Assembly: GCA_033764335.1 (NCBI GenBank)
Contig: JANRJC010000034.1
Coordinates: forward strand, 20,899 to 84,898
Direction: 5' to 3'
DNA: 64,000 nt
Origin: Bacteroidia bacterium
GTDB lineage: Bacteria > Bacteroidota > Bacteroidia > J057
A program made the translations under genes and the position numbers. Position 1 is the first letter of the stretch. The number at the start of each line of letters is the position of its first letter. The notes below the pieces were generated by a model. The model made no database searches and had not been told where the DNA came from. It saw only the letters and a list, made by a program, of their open reading frames with translations. This document shows positions 28,975 through 38,660 of this stretch, piece after piece.

Positions 28975-31374
28975 TTATCGGTATTTTCTACTGACAAGAT
29001 GTGTGGATATCAAACCAAAACCAATTACCGAAACAGAACTTAAAGGCATAAGAATCGCCGCAACTACCGGAGAAAGTAAACCCTGAACGGCAAAACTCAA
29101 ACCCACGACATTGTAGAGCAATGAGATCACGATTCCCGCTTTGGCAAGCCGGAGGCTTGTGCGGGCGTAGGCCAGAATCTGTGGTATCCGGCGGAAATTT
29201 TCCGCGTCGAGAATGGCATCACAAGCCGGGGAGAAGTGGTTGATGTTTTCAGACACCGCAACGCCGGCATCCGCCTGGCGGAGTGCGCCGGCATCGTTGA
29301 GTCCGTCACCCAACATCATTACCCTTGCTCCGGTTTGTTGAAGTTGCTGAATAAATTTCAGCTTGTCTTCCGGCGACTGCCGAAAAGCCATTTTCGTGTT
29401 TTTTCCCAGTATATCTTCCAATCCGGCAATTTCCCGGTCATTGTCGCCCGTAATCAAAGAAATCGGCATCGGACGCAGGTCGTTTACCAGGTCTTTAAGT
29501 CCGTCACGGTAGCGGTGCCCCAATCGGATATTGCCCACAACCTCCTCACCGATCGAAATATAAGTGCCTGCCGTATCCAAACGGCTATTTTCCCCTGTTA
29601 CATAAATCCAACTTCCCACTCGCACATGCACACCGGCAACCTCTCCCGAAATACCCTGACCCGTTATTTCCTCCCAATGACTTACCGGCAGACGGTCATT
29701 TCCCCGAAGCGAAACATATAATGCCTGGCTCACCGGATGTACGCTGTGGCGCACCAGCGAGCGGACCCAAGATTGTTGTTTTTCAGTCAGGTTTCCATTT
29801 TCCCAGCGAACGGCCATATCTCCTGTCCGGGTAATCGTGCCCGTTTTGTCAAAAACCACATGGGTAATTCCGGCCAGAGATTCAATCACTCGGCTATTTT
29901 TCAGGTAACATTTCCACCGCCCCAGTATCCGGAGGGTATTGCCAAAAGTAATCGGTCCGGTCATGGCGAGGGCACAGGGACAGGCAATGATCAATACCGC
30001 CGTAAAAACTTCGGCGGCTTTCGATGCATCGTTTACCAGCCAGTATCCGGCAGCAATAGCCGCAATCAGCAGGATGACCACCGTAAATTTTTTACCAAAT
30101 CGGTCGGTCAGATTGTCCATGCGGGTTTTCCCATCCGTCTGAAAGGCCTCCTGATTCCAGAGTTGAGTAAGATAACTTTGGGAAACATTTTTTAGCAGGA
30201 TCATTTCTGCCGAAACGCCTGCCTGCCTCCCGCCGGCATAAATCAGGTCTCCGGCTTTCGCCTTTACCGGTACGGATTCGCCGGTTACAAAACTATAATC
30301 AACCTGAGTTTCTCCCGACAAAAGCCGCGCGTCGGCAGGGATAAGTTCCTGATTTCGGACGACAATCCTATCACCCGCCTGAAGTTCCGACAACATCACC
30401 TTTTGTTCTTTTCCATCGGAAATTTTAGTGGCCGCTACCGGGAAATAAGCCTTATAATCGCGGTCAAACGACAGCGAATCATAGGTTTTCTGCTGAAACC
30501 ACCGCCCACTAAGAAGGAAAAATATGAGTCCGGCCAGCGAATCGAGGTAACCGGCAGCGTCGAGGAAAAAAATATCGTAAGTACTTCGAATAAATAGCGC
30601 CAGTATCCCCAGAGCGATGGGCACATCAATGTTCAGGTTTTTTTGGCGAAGCCCCAGCCAGGCAGATTGAAAAAATACCGAACTACTGTAAAAAAATACC
30701 GGCAACGCCAGCACCCATTGCAAATAGCCAAACAGACGCCCCCACTGCGTATCCAGTTCCCAGCTTAAGCCCAGATACTCGGGGAAGCTGAGCAACATAA
30801 TATTGCCGAAGGCAAAACCGGCAATTCCCAGCTTGTAGAAAAAAGATTTATTACCCGGAGAGGTGTTTTTCTTTTCGAGGTGATCGAGGCTGATTTCCGG
30901 TTCATAACCCACGGAAGCGAGGAGTTCGACCAATTGGCGGAGCGAAATTTTTTCCCGGAAGTAAGTGAGATAGATTTCTTTTCGGAGAAAATTTACGCGA
31001 GAACTCACAACGCCGGGATGAAGTTTGTGCAGGTTTTCCAACAGCCAGATACAGGAAGCACAGTGCATCCCGGGAAGGAAAAAAGTAACCTTTATTTTTT
31101 GCTCATCGGCATAATCCCAGATACGCTGTGCAACTTCGGGTAAATCCAGATAAGCAAACCGATCCTGTATTTTTCCGGGTTTAAGCGTAATCCCTGGATG
31201 TTTTTCCAGATCATAATAGGTGCATAATCCATGCTGGTTCAGGATTTCATAGACCATTTTACACCCTTCACAACAGAAGGTCTTATGGTCATGGGTAATC
31301 GGCTCCGGCGGGCAGGTATCCCCGCAATGAAAACAGGCCAGATTTTTTTGAGTGTCAGTAACGGGTGTTAGCAT
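28975..31374 (-). CDS. Heavy-metal (Cu) translocating P1B-type ATPase, FixI/CcoI-like
   Basis: N-terminal Cys-rich motif CFHCGDTCP...CCEGCKMVYEIL, HMA-like GMHCASCIWLLE, TM CPC motif (IIACPCAL), phosphorylation site FDKTGTIT, hinge MLGDGLNDAGAL. The ATG at 31374 (MLTPVTD) is preferred over the alternative start at 31437. Confidence 0.9.
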   Translation of the reverse strand: MLTPVTDTQKNLACFHCGDTCPPEPITHDHKTFCCEGCKMVYEILNQHGLCTYYDLEKHPGITLKPGKIQDRFAYLDLPEVAQRIWDYADEQKIKVTFFLPGMHCASCIWLLENLHKLHPGVVSSRVNFLRKEIYLTYFREKISLRQLVELLASVGYEPEISLDHLEKKNTSPGNKSFFYKLGIAGFAFGNIMLLSFPEYLGLSWELDTQWGRLFGYLQWVLALPVFFYSSSVFFQSAWLGLRQKNLNIDVPIALGILALFIRSTYDIFFLDAAGYLDSLAGLIFFLLSGRWFQQKTYDSLSFDRDYKAYFPVAATKISDGKEQKVMLSELQAGDRIVVRNQELIPADARLLSGETQVDYSFVTGESVPVKAKAGDLIYAGGRQAGVSAEMILLKNVSQSYLTQLWNQEAFQTDGKTRMDNLTDRFGKKFTVVILLIAAIAAGYWLVNDASKAAEVFTAVLIIACPCALAMTGPITFGNTLRILGRWKCYLKNSRVIESLAGITHVVFDKTGTITRTGDMAVRWENGNLTEKQQSWVRSLVRHSVHPVSQALYVSLRGNDRLPVSHWEEITGQGISGEVAGVHVRVGSWIYVTGENSRLDTAGTYISIGEEVVGNIRLGHRYRDGLKDLVNDLRPMPISLITGDNDREIAGLEDILGKNTKMAFRQSPEDKLKFIQQLQQTGARVMMLGDGLNDAGALRQADAGVAVSENINHFSPACDAILDAENFRRIPQILAYARTSLRLAKAGIVISLLYNVVGLSFAVQGLLSPVVAAILMPLSSVSVIGFGLISTHLVSRKYR

Positions 31375-31515
31375 GGAACAAAAATAGAATCGGGTTATGA
31401 GGGAGAAAATACTCTTCGGCAATATCCAGAGTGACAAAAGTCATTTTGGCGATTGTAAATTCTCATTCCCCACCCCGAAAAGCCGGGCTATCTTCGATTA
31501 TTAAAACCAAATATT

Positions 31516-32403
31516 ATGTCTATCCTGAACCCATCCATAAAAAAAGAAAGTCTTATTGGAGAAAATCAACGGCTAAAAACCATTCTTTTCCCTACAGACT
31601 TTTCGGAAACGGCGCATAATGCGTTTGAATACGCCTTGAATATTGCCGATCATATAGGAGCCAACATTGTGCTTTTGCATGTGTATCAGGAGGCTAATGC
31701 CCATAACGGGTATATCCCGACGGAAATTCTCCAGTCGCTCAAAGAGGAAAAACTGGAAAAAGCGATCAACTTTTTCCATGAATATCAGCGGGAAGCACAA
31801 CTGCAATTGGGTAAAAGTATCGAGGTGCGCCCTATTTTACAGAGCGGTGTGCCGGAAAATATCATTCCGGAGCTTAGCCGATCCATGGATGTGGATTTGA
31901 TTATTATGGGAACATTGGGGGCAGCAAGTGTTTCCGAAAGAATACTGGGCAGCGTCACCGCCAAAGTCATTGAAAAAGCCGGCTGCCCGGTCATGGCAAT
32001 TCCCGCTGAATGTACTTATAAACCGATCAACCGAATCCTTTACGGGATGCGAATGGACGAAAACGAATTTGGCGTCATTGATCAGTTGGTTGAGTTTGCC
32101 GGATTTTTTGATGCAAAGGTGTATTGTACCCATGTCCGTACCGATAAAGAGTATTGGAGCAAACTGGAACTCAACTCCTTTGAACACCTATACCACCTTG
32201 AAAATGAAGGGAAACTGCAATTTTATGTATTTAATCATGAAGACGTTGTAAGAGGCCTTCGCCGGTTTATAGATGAAAATGGCATAGATATTTTGTCTCT
32301 GACTACACAGAAAAGAGATTTGATAGATAAGTTCTTTGATCAGAGTCTGACCCGGGAGATGGTCCTTTATACCGATATTCCTCTTTTGGCCTTTCACGGA
32401 TAA
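31516..32403 (+). CDS. Universal stress protein (tandem Usp domains), paralogue 1
   Basis: ILFPTDFSETAHNAFEYALNIA ... IIMGTLGAASVSERILGSVTAKVIEKAGCPVMAIP, repeated in the C-terminal half. Confidence 0.9.
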   Translation: MSILNPSIKKESLIGENQRLKTILFPTDFSETAHNAFEYALNIADHIGANIVLLHVYQEANAHNGYIPTEILQSLKEEKLEKAINFFHEYQREAQLQLGKSIEVRPILQSGVPENIIPELSRSMDVDLIIMGTLGAASVSERILGSVTAKVIEKAGCPVMAIPAECTYKPINRILYGMRMDENEFGVIDQLVEFAGFFDAKVYCTHVRTDKEYWSKLELNSFEHLYHLENEGKLQFYVFNHEDVVRGLRRFIDENGIDILSLTTQKRDLIDKFFDQSLTREMVLYTDIPLLAFHG

Positions 32404-32414
32404 CTTACGGTAAA

Positions 32415-33245
32415 ATGAAAAGGATATTATTTCCCACAGACTTCTCACCTGCAGCGCATAACGCCTTTAGCTATGCGCTGCATTTGGCTGAAAAATATCA
32501 GGCTGAAATTGTATTGTTCCATACTTTCCACTATGCCGCTACGGGCGAGTTTTATATTTCCCCGGAGTTGATAGACCGGGTAAATCTTGAACAGGAAGGC
32601 CTGGCAAAGGAAGAATTTCAGCGGTATATAAACCGTGTAAAAACCGAATTGAACAAAGAAGTTCCGGTTCAATCCAAAATTTCCTATTCTTTTGCCATTG
32701 ACGGAATTTTGAACGCGGTGGAAGAAACCCAAGCCGATGCTATTGTCATGGGCACTTTAGGCGCAGGTAATGCCGTCGGCAGATTTTTTGGAAGTGTTAC
32801 CTCTCAGGTAATCGAAAAGGTGAAAATTCCGGTTTGGGCAATCCCTGCCAAAGCCGTATATGAAGATTTGAAAGACATTCTTTACTCCACCAATTTTGAG
32901 GAAGAGTCCTTTACTGTGCCGCCTTTCGTTACAGACCTTGCCGCCCATTTTAACGCCCATCTGACCTGTATCCATGTTAATAAAAATTCCGAAGATCCCT
33001 GGAACCGGCTGAGTGTTGCCGTGAAAAAAGATCGTTTGCTTTCTAAGGAGAAACCGATGGACTTTTTTGTATTGCATGAAACCGATGTATGGAAAGGGCT
33101 TCAGAGTTTTCTTGAAAAAAATCCCACAAACCTTTTAGTAACCCTTACGCATCCGCATAGTCTTTTTGAACGAATTATGCATACCAGCCTCACCCGAAAA
33201 GCGGTTTTGGAGAGCGAAACCCCTTTACTGGCACTTCATCATTGA
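32415..33245 (+). CDS. Universal stress protein (tandem Usp domains), paralogue 2
   Basis: ILFPTDFSPAAHNAFSYALHLA ... IVMGTLGAGNAVGRFFGSVTSQVIEKVKIPVWAIP. Confidence 0.9.
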   Translation: MKRILFPTDFSPAAHNAFSYALHLAEKYQAEIVLFHTFHYAATGEFYISPELIDRVNLEQEGLAKEEFQRYINRVKTELNKEVPVQSKISYSFAIDGILNAVEETQADAIVMGTLGAGNAVGRFFGSVTSQVIEKVKIPVWAIPAKAVYEDLKDILYSTNFEEESFTVPPFVTDLAAHFNAHLTCIHVNKNSEDPWNRLSVAVKKDRLLSKEKPMDFFVLHETDVWKGLQSFLEKNPTNLLVTLTHPHSLFERIMHTSLTRKAVLESETPLLALHH

Positions 33246-33263
33246 TTGAAACGGAAAATTCAC

Positions 33264-34178
33264 ATGCAAACCATCCTGCTTCCCATTGATTTTTCACCAC
33301 CTTCGCGACACGCCTTTCAATACGCTGCAAGGCTGGGATCCCAATTTGGATCCAAAGTTATACTCCTTCATGTTTATTCACCGGAAACCGTCGAACCTTT
33401 TGCTCCCTTATTTTTTCAAAAAGCACTGATGAACCAACAAGAGGACATCGCGCTTTCGCATTTTGAGGAATTAAGAAAAGATCTCTCCTCCGATATCGCA
33501 GAGAAAATCAGCCTCGAATTTAGGCTGATTATGGGGCCGGTAGTCCAGGAAATCCTTACCCTCAGCGAACAAATCAAGCCCAATCTGATCGTGATGGGAA
33601 TGCGCGGAGGAAACTATACCCTTCAGAAAATTATGGGTACGGTTACGCATTCGGTAATCCAGCAGTCTTTTTTTCCGGTAATGGCCATTCCCGAAACATC
33701 TGCCTTTTCCGAAATACGAAATATCGCTTATGCCACCAACTTTGAGCAGGACGACATCAAAGCCATTGGCCAGGTACTTCAGTTTTCCCGGAAAATGAAA
33801 GCCAAAGTTCACTGTATCCATATCCGAAAAAATGGCAATACCGATAATGAGTATAAACAGCAGATACTCCAAAAAGCGTATCAGCATGACCTTATCATGG
33901 ATACCATTGATTTTGATACTCTTGATTACACAAATGTAGTCGAGGGGCTTAATCATTTTGTGGATATCGCTGAAATTGATCTGCTGGTACTCTTAACTCA
34001 TCATCGCGGGGTTTTCAGCCAGATTTTTTATTCCAGCAATACCCGTAAAATGGCCCTCCAGGCAAAGGTTCCCCTATGGATATTTCAGATCGGACATGTA
34101 CCTCCTTATCCAATGGGAAATAGCAAGGAAAATCGTAAATTACCTGCATCAAACGACCCCATGCATGGAGCTACCTGA
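33264..34178 (+). CDS. Universal stress protein (tandem Usp domains), paralogue 3
   Basis: ILLPIDFSPPSRHAFQYAARLG ... IVMGMRGGNYTLQKIMGTVTHSVIQQSFFPVMAIP. The ATG at 33264 is preferred over the TTG at 33246. Confidence 0.85.
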   Translation: MQTILLPIDFSPPSRHAFQYAARLGSQFGSKVILLHVYSPETVEPFAPLFFQKALMNQQEDIALSHFEELRKDLSSDIAEKISLEFRLIMGPVVQEILTLSEQIKPNLIVMGMRGGNYTLQKIMGTVTHSVIQQSFFPVMAIPETSAFSEIRNIAYATNFEQDDIKAIGQVLQFSRKMKAKVHCIHIRKNGNTDNEYKQQILQKAYQHDLIMDTIDFDTLDYTNVVEGLNHFVDIAEIDLLVLLTHHRGVFSQIFYSSNTRKMALQAKVPLWIFQIGHVPPYPMGNSKENRKLPASNDPMHGAT

Positions 34179-34179
34179 A

Positions 34180-35454
34180 ATGAATTCTTCGGAAATGGAT
34201 GAAAAATCATTGATCCGGAATAAAAACTTACTGATAGCCCTCATCGAATCGGCAGTGGATGGGATTATTATTATTTCGAAGATAGGATTTATTGAATCCG
34301 CCAATCCCGCTGCGGAAAAACTTTTTGGGTATCACGAGGGGGAATTACTGGGTAAAAAAATCAACCTACTCATGCCGGAACCTTTTTATTCCCGGCATGA
34401 TGGTTATATCCAAAACTATCTGAACACCGGGCAGAAAAAGATCATTGGTATCGGAAGAGAAGTTACCGGACTGAAAAAAGACGGAACGACTTTTCCTTTT
34501 TATCTCAGTGTAAGTGAAGTGGATCACGGGGAAGAAAAGATATTCGCAGGAATTATTCACGACCTCACCCAGCAAAAAGAAGCCGAGGCAGAATTAAAGA
34601 AATATTCGGAAAAACTGGAGCAACGTGTAGAGGCCCGCACCGAAGCTCTTGCCCAGGCAATCAATGAGCTTGAAATTGAAATAAAAGAGCGCAAACAAGC
34701 CGAACAAACGCTGATTCAACACCAAAAAAAAATCCAGATGGCTCTGGAAAAAGAAAGAGAACTCAACGAGCTTAAGTCGCGTTTTGTTTCGATGGCCTCG
34801 CATGAATTTCGCACACCGCTCGCTACCATACTTTCTTCAATCTCCCTCGTCACCCGATACGAAGGCAAAGAGCAGGAAGATAAACGGGAAAAACATATCA
34901 ACCGCATTAAATCCAATGTTCATCACCTGACCAATATCCTCAACGATTTTTTGTCCCTCAGCAAACTCGAAGAAGGAGTCGTCGAAATCAATCCCGTGGC
35001 TTTTGATTTTGTCCAATGGATAAATGACCTGATCGAAGAGTTGGAAGAACATAAAAAGGAAGGGCAGCAATTTTTGTATTCCCATCAAGGAACGGAAAAC
35101 CAAGTCGAACTAGACCCGCATCTGATGAAAAACATCTTGTTTAACCTCGTTTCCAATGCGATCAAATATTCAGCGGAAGATAAAAAAATCGGCATTTACT
35201 CCCAGATCACGGAGGACCGCCTAATTCTGAAAATCGAAGATGAAGGAATGGGCATCCCGGATACCGATCAGCCTTATATGTTTGAACGATTTTTCCGGGC
35301 CAAAAACGCCACTAATATTCAGGGAACCGGACTTGGACTCAGCATTGTAAAAAGGTATATTGAGCTTATGCATGGACATATTTCTTTTTCCAGCATTTAT
35401 GGAAAAGGGACAATCTTTACCCTTCAACTACCTCGAAAATTGTTTTTATCATGA
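34180..35454 (+). CDS. PAS-domain sensor histidine kinase
   Basis: PAS (IIIISKIGFIESANPAAEKLFGYHEGELLGKKINLLMPE...DGTTFPFYLSVSEV), coiled coil, H box SHEFRTPL, N box NLVSNAIKYS, G boxes DEGMGIP and GTGLGLSIV. The ATG at 34180 lies just after the Usp stop (34176-34178). Confidence 0.9.
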   Translation: MNSSEMDEKSLIRNKNLLIALIESAVDGIIIISKIGFIESANPAAEKLFGYHEGELLGKKINLLMPEPFYSRHDGYIQNYLNTGQKKIIGIGREVTGLKKDGTTFPFYLSVSEVDHGEEKIFAGIIHDLTQQKEAEAELKKYSEKLEQRVEARTEALAQAINELEIEIKERKQAEQTLIQHQKKIQMALEKERELNELKSRFVSMASHEFRTPLATILSSISLVTRYEGKEQEDKREKHINRIKSNVHHLTNILNDFLSLSKLEEGVVEINPVAFDFVQWINDLIEELEEHKKEGQQFLYSHQGTENQVELDPHLMKNILFNLVSNAIKYSAEDKKIGIYSQITEDRLILKIEDEGMGIPDTDQPYMFERFFRAKNATNIQGTGLGLSIVKRYIELMHGHISFSSIYGKGTIFTLQLPRKLFLS

Positions 35455-36509
35455 AAAAAATACTCCTCATCGAAGATAACGCGGACATGCGGGAAAATAC
35501 CGCAGAGATACTGGAGCTGGCAGGTTATGATATTTTGACTGCCGAAAATGGAAAAGCAGGCGTAAAAATTGCTCAGGAAAACCTGCCGGACTTGGTTATA
35601 TGCGATATTATGATGCCGGAACTGGACGGTTACGGAGTTTTACACATGCTGAGCCGCAATACAAAAACTGCCGGAATTCCCTTTATTTTCCTTACCGCCA
35701 AAGCCGAAAAAACCGACTTCCGCAAAGGCATGAACCTCGGCGCAGACGATTATATCACCAAACCCTTTGATGAACTCGAATTGCTCGACGCCGTCGAAAT
35801 GCGTATGAAAAAACACGAATCCCTCCACAAAGAAGTGGAAAGGGATATTGAAGGGATCAACAAGTTTATTGACGAGGCAAGGGGAATGTCTGCGCTGGAA
35901 GAGCTTTCCCAAAACCAGGAATCGCGGATTTACCGGGAAAAAGACATTATCTTTTCTGAAGGCAGGCACCCGCATGGACTCTGGTTTGTCAACAGCGGAA
36001 AGGTAAAAACCTATCGCACCAACGAAGACGCCAAAGAATATATCACCGGACTTTACAAACAAGGTGATTTTATTGGTTATACATCATTGCTTCAGGATAC
36101 CCCCTATACCGAATCTGCGATGGCACTGGAGGACACCGAAGTTTTGATGATTCCCCGCGAGGATTTCTTCTCGCTGATGTACAACAACCGGGATGTATCA
36201 CACAAATTTATCAAACTCCTTTCCCACGACCTTAATGAAAAAGAAGATCAGTTGCTGCATCTGGCATACGATACCGTGAGAAAGAGAGTAGCCGATGCCT
36301 TGCTCCTGCTTCAGAAGCGGTATCAGGAAGAAAAAAAGAGTACGTTTGCCATGCCTATTTCCCGCGAAAACCTCGCCAGCCTTGTAGGATCATCCAAAGA
36401 ATGTGTGATACGGGTACTCTCCGAATTTAAATCCGAAAATATCATTGAAACCCAGAAAAGTGAAATCCGGATTTTGGATTCGGACAAACTTTCGCAGGTG
36501 CGGTACTAG
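35451..36509 (+). CDS. Hybrid response regulator: REC + cyclic-nucleotide-binding-like domain + Crp/Fnr-type HTH
   Basis: REC (ILLIEDNADMRE...DLVICDIMMPELDGYG...FLTAK...GADDYITKPF). cNMP-binding-like beta-roll (IYREKDIIFSEGRHPHGLWFVNSGKVKTYR...GDFIGY). HTH_Crp (ISRENLASLVGSSKECVIRVLSEFKSENIIE). ATGA overlap with the kinase stop. Confidence 0.85.
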   Translation: MKKILLIEDNADMRENTAEILELAGYDILTAENGKAGVKIAQENLPDLVICDIMMPELDGYGVLHMLSRNTKTAGIPFIFLTAKAEKTDFRKGMNLGADDYITKPFDELELLDAVEMRMKKHESLHKEVERDIEGINKFIDEARGMSALEELSQNQESRIYREKDIIFSEGRHPHGLWFVNSGKVKTYRTNEDAKEYITGLYKQGDFIGYTSLLQDTPYTESAMALEDTEVLMIPREDFFSLMYNNRDVSHKFIKLLSHDLNEKEDQLLHLAYDTVRKRVADALLLLQKRYQEEKKSTFAMPISRENLASLVGSSKECVIRVLSEFKSENIIETQKSEIRILDSDKLSQVRY

Positions 36510-37255
36510 GCCATGACCATTCCACCGTCCACATTAAACACCTGTCCGGTGATATAGGAAGACCGGTCGGAGGCCAAAAACACACAAAGGTTTGCCACAT
36601 CGGCCACTTCCCCTGCGCGTTTGAGCGGGATATTTTCCAGCCATGCGGCCAATTCCTTTTCCGGAAGTTCCGCGGTCATTTCCGTAGCGATAAAACCGGG
36701 AGCTACGACATTGGCACGTATTCCACGGGAGCCTACTTCACGGGCAAGCGATTTGGTAAAGCCAATCATTCCGGCTTTAGAAGCCGCATAATTTGCCTGA
36801 CCGGCATTTCCCTGAAGGCCTACCACCGAGCTAATATTAATAAAACTGCCTGCACGTTTGCGAAGCATGGATCGAAGAGCCGCTTTTGTGGTGTAAAAAA
36901 CACTGTTGAGGTTCGTATTGATGACATTGTTCCACTGATCTTCACTCATCCGAAGCAGAAGATTATCCTGAGTAATGCCCGCATTATTCACCACAACGTC
37001 GAGTGCGCCAAACTGCTCAAAAACATCGTCCACCACTTTCTGAATCACTGCGGCATCGGCAGCGTCGGCCTGAAAAGAAACGGCCCGGACACCCTGTCCG
37101 GTGATGTAGTTTTCCAGTTCTTTTGCCTTTTCAGCAGATGACCGGTAGGTAAAAGCGACATTTGCACCCTGACGGGCAAACTCTTCTGCAATGGCCTTCC
37201 CGATTCCCCGGGTTGCTCCGGTAATGAGTGCGGTTTTTCCTTCGAGTAATTTCAT
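36506..37255 (-). CDS. fabG: 3-oxoacyl-[acyl-carrier-protein] reductase
   Basis: TGATRGIGKAIA, NNAGI, catalytic S...YAASKAG, and a C-terminal GQVFNVDGGMVM. Length 249 aa. Confidence 0.85.
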   Translation of the reverse strand: MKLLEGKTALITGATRGIGKAIAEEFARQGANVAFTYRSSAEKAKELENYITGQGVRAVSFQADAADAAVIQKVVDDVFEQFGALDVVVNNAGITQDNLLLRMSEDQWNNVINTNLNSVFYTTKAALRSMLRKRAGSFINISSVVGLQGNAGQANYAASKAGMIGFTKSLAREVGSRGIRANVVAPGFIATEMTAELPEKELAAWLENIPLKRAGEVADVANLCVFLASDRSSYITGQVFNVDGGMVMA

Positions 37256-37295
37256 ATAAAGCGGTGGTTAAATCTTTTGCGCGAATATAAAAGAT

Positions 37296-37808
37296 TTACA
37301 ATAAATACACGGAAACCTCTTTTTTTTCGCCTGTCGTTTCAAACGATACATGTTGCTGGAGAGTGGTAGCCAGTTCCATCCCGATAAAGTCTGCTGAAAC
37401 CGGCACGAGGCGATGCCCCCGATCTATCATTACCGCGACCTGTATCGTTTTGGTACCTGCCTGTAACAAGATCGAAACCACATTCAGCATCGTCACCCCG
37501 CTGTAAAGCACATCATCAACGACGACAACAGCCTTTCCGGAAAGTTTTTCAATGTCAACAGAAAGACTTACCCCCATTCCGGGAGATTCAGAGCGATCCA
37601 GCCCGGCTTTTACCAGGATGATCTCCCGGTTGCTGAGTTCCCGCAAAAAATCGGCGAGTTCTTTAGCGAGAAAACCACCCCTTTCATCAATCCCCATAAT
37701 ATAAATTTCCTTTTCCAGATAATTGGCTTCATAAATCTGGTAAGCCATTCTTTTTAGTTTGGCAAAGATGGCGGTTTGGTCCAGGATTTTTACTTTGGTT
37801 ACAGACAT
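37296..37808 (-). CDS. pyrR: PyrR-like phosphoribosyltransferase (pyr regulator / uracil phosphoribosyltransferase family)
   Basis: By eye it is collinear with Bacillus PyrR (sequence from memory): KILDQTAIFAKLKRMAYQIYE..., IMGIDERGGFLAKELA, PRPP loop VVVVDDVLYSGVTM, and VMIDRGHRLVPVSADFIG. The ATG at 37808 (MSVTKVKIL) is preferred. Confidence 0.75.
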   Translation of the reverse strand: MSVTKVKILDQTAIFAKLKRMAYQIYEANYLEKEIYIMGIDERGGFLAKELADFLRELSNREIILVKAGLDRSESPGMGVSLSVDIEKLSGKAVVVVDDVLYSGVTMLNVVSILLQAGTKTIQVAVMIDRGHRLVPVSADFIGMELATTLQQHVSFETTGEKKEVSVYLL

Positions 37809-37898
37809 AGGATTGGACAATAAGTACAAATAAACACACCAACGGGCGATGTGTCAAATGTAAGAAAAAATCCGGGCGGGCGGCAAAGAATGTATTGC

Positions 37899-38660
37899 TT
37901 AGGGTAGTTTACGCTGTAATTCTACGGCTTGGTTGTGGTAGTAATGTCCGGGGTCGCGTATGATCGAATCCAGAATTGTACGGGTCCTTTCCAGATCACT
38001 CGCTTTTAGCCGGGCAAGTGCCTTGTACCACATCGTCTGTTCGGGTACAAAAGAGGTTCGGTCAAGAACCTCCGCAGCTTCTGTCGGAGCGTGGAGTTCC
38101 AGCAAAGATATGGCGAAGTAAAAATCGGCTTCAGAGTATTTCGTTGTATCAATCAATAGCTGTTCTCTATATTTTTCAGTATATCGGAGGTAATCACCTT
38201 TGCGGTAAGCTGCATACATTTGATTGAGCTGTTCCCGGTCGCCTCCGGCTCCGAGGGTTTCAGGCGCGCGCGGAACCTCATAATAAGCCGAAAACAAAGC
38301 TTCTGGGGACAATCGTTTTGAGCGGAGTATGCTCACACTTATTCCGGCAACGGCAACGAGAATGAGTACAACTGCTGCAAGAGAAAACCATTTTCTTCGA
38401 GCAACCGATATTCGTTTTTTCTCTGAAGAAATCTCCTGGTAGATTTTGCGAAGATTTGTTTTTTGGTCTTCCTGCCCGGCCGTCCAGATTGCCCAATGAG
38501 TCAGTAGTTGTAAATGATATTGTTCATTAAAATCTTCATTTTCTCGGCAGACTCGCTCAAAATCCGCCGATTCCGTAGGAGTCATCCTACCCTGAATGTA
38601 TTTTTCTATCTGCCGGGTGGTTTCCGATTTTTCTTCTGATTCCATGTTTTCCGAAATCAT
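37899..38660 (-). CDS. Putative anti-sigma factor (single-pass membrane protein with TPR-like periplasmic domain)
   Basis: ATGA overlap with the upstream sigma factor gene. N-terminal cytoplasmic segment, one TM helix (WFSLAAVVLILVAVAGISVSIL), helical C-terminal domain. Confidence 0.55.
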   Translation of the reverse strand: MISENMESEEKSETTRQIEKYIQGRMTPTESADFERVCRENEDFNEQYHLQLLTHWAIWTAGQEDQKTNLRKIYQEISSEKKRISVARRKWFSLAAVVLILVAVAGISVSILRSKRLSPEALFSAYYEVPRAPETLGAGGDREQLNQMYAAYRKGDYLRYTEKYREQLLIDTTKYSEADFYFAISLLELHAPTEAAEVLDRTSFVPEQTMWYKALARLKASDLERTRTILDSIIRDPGHYYHNQAVELQRKLP

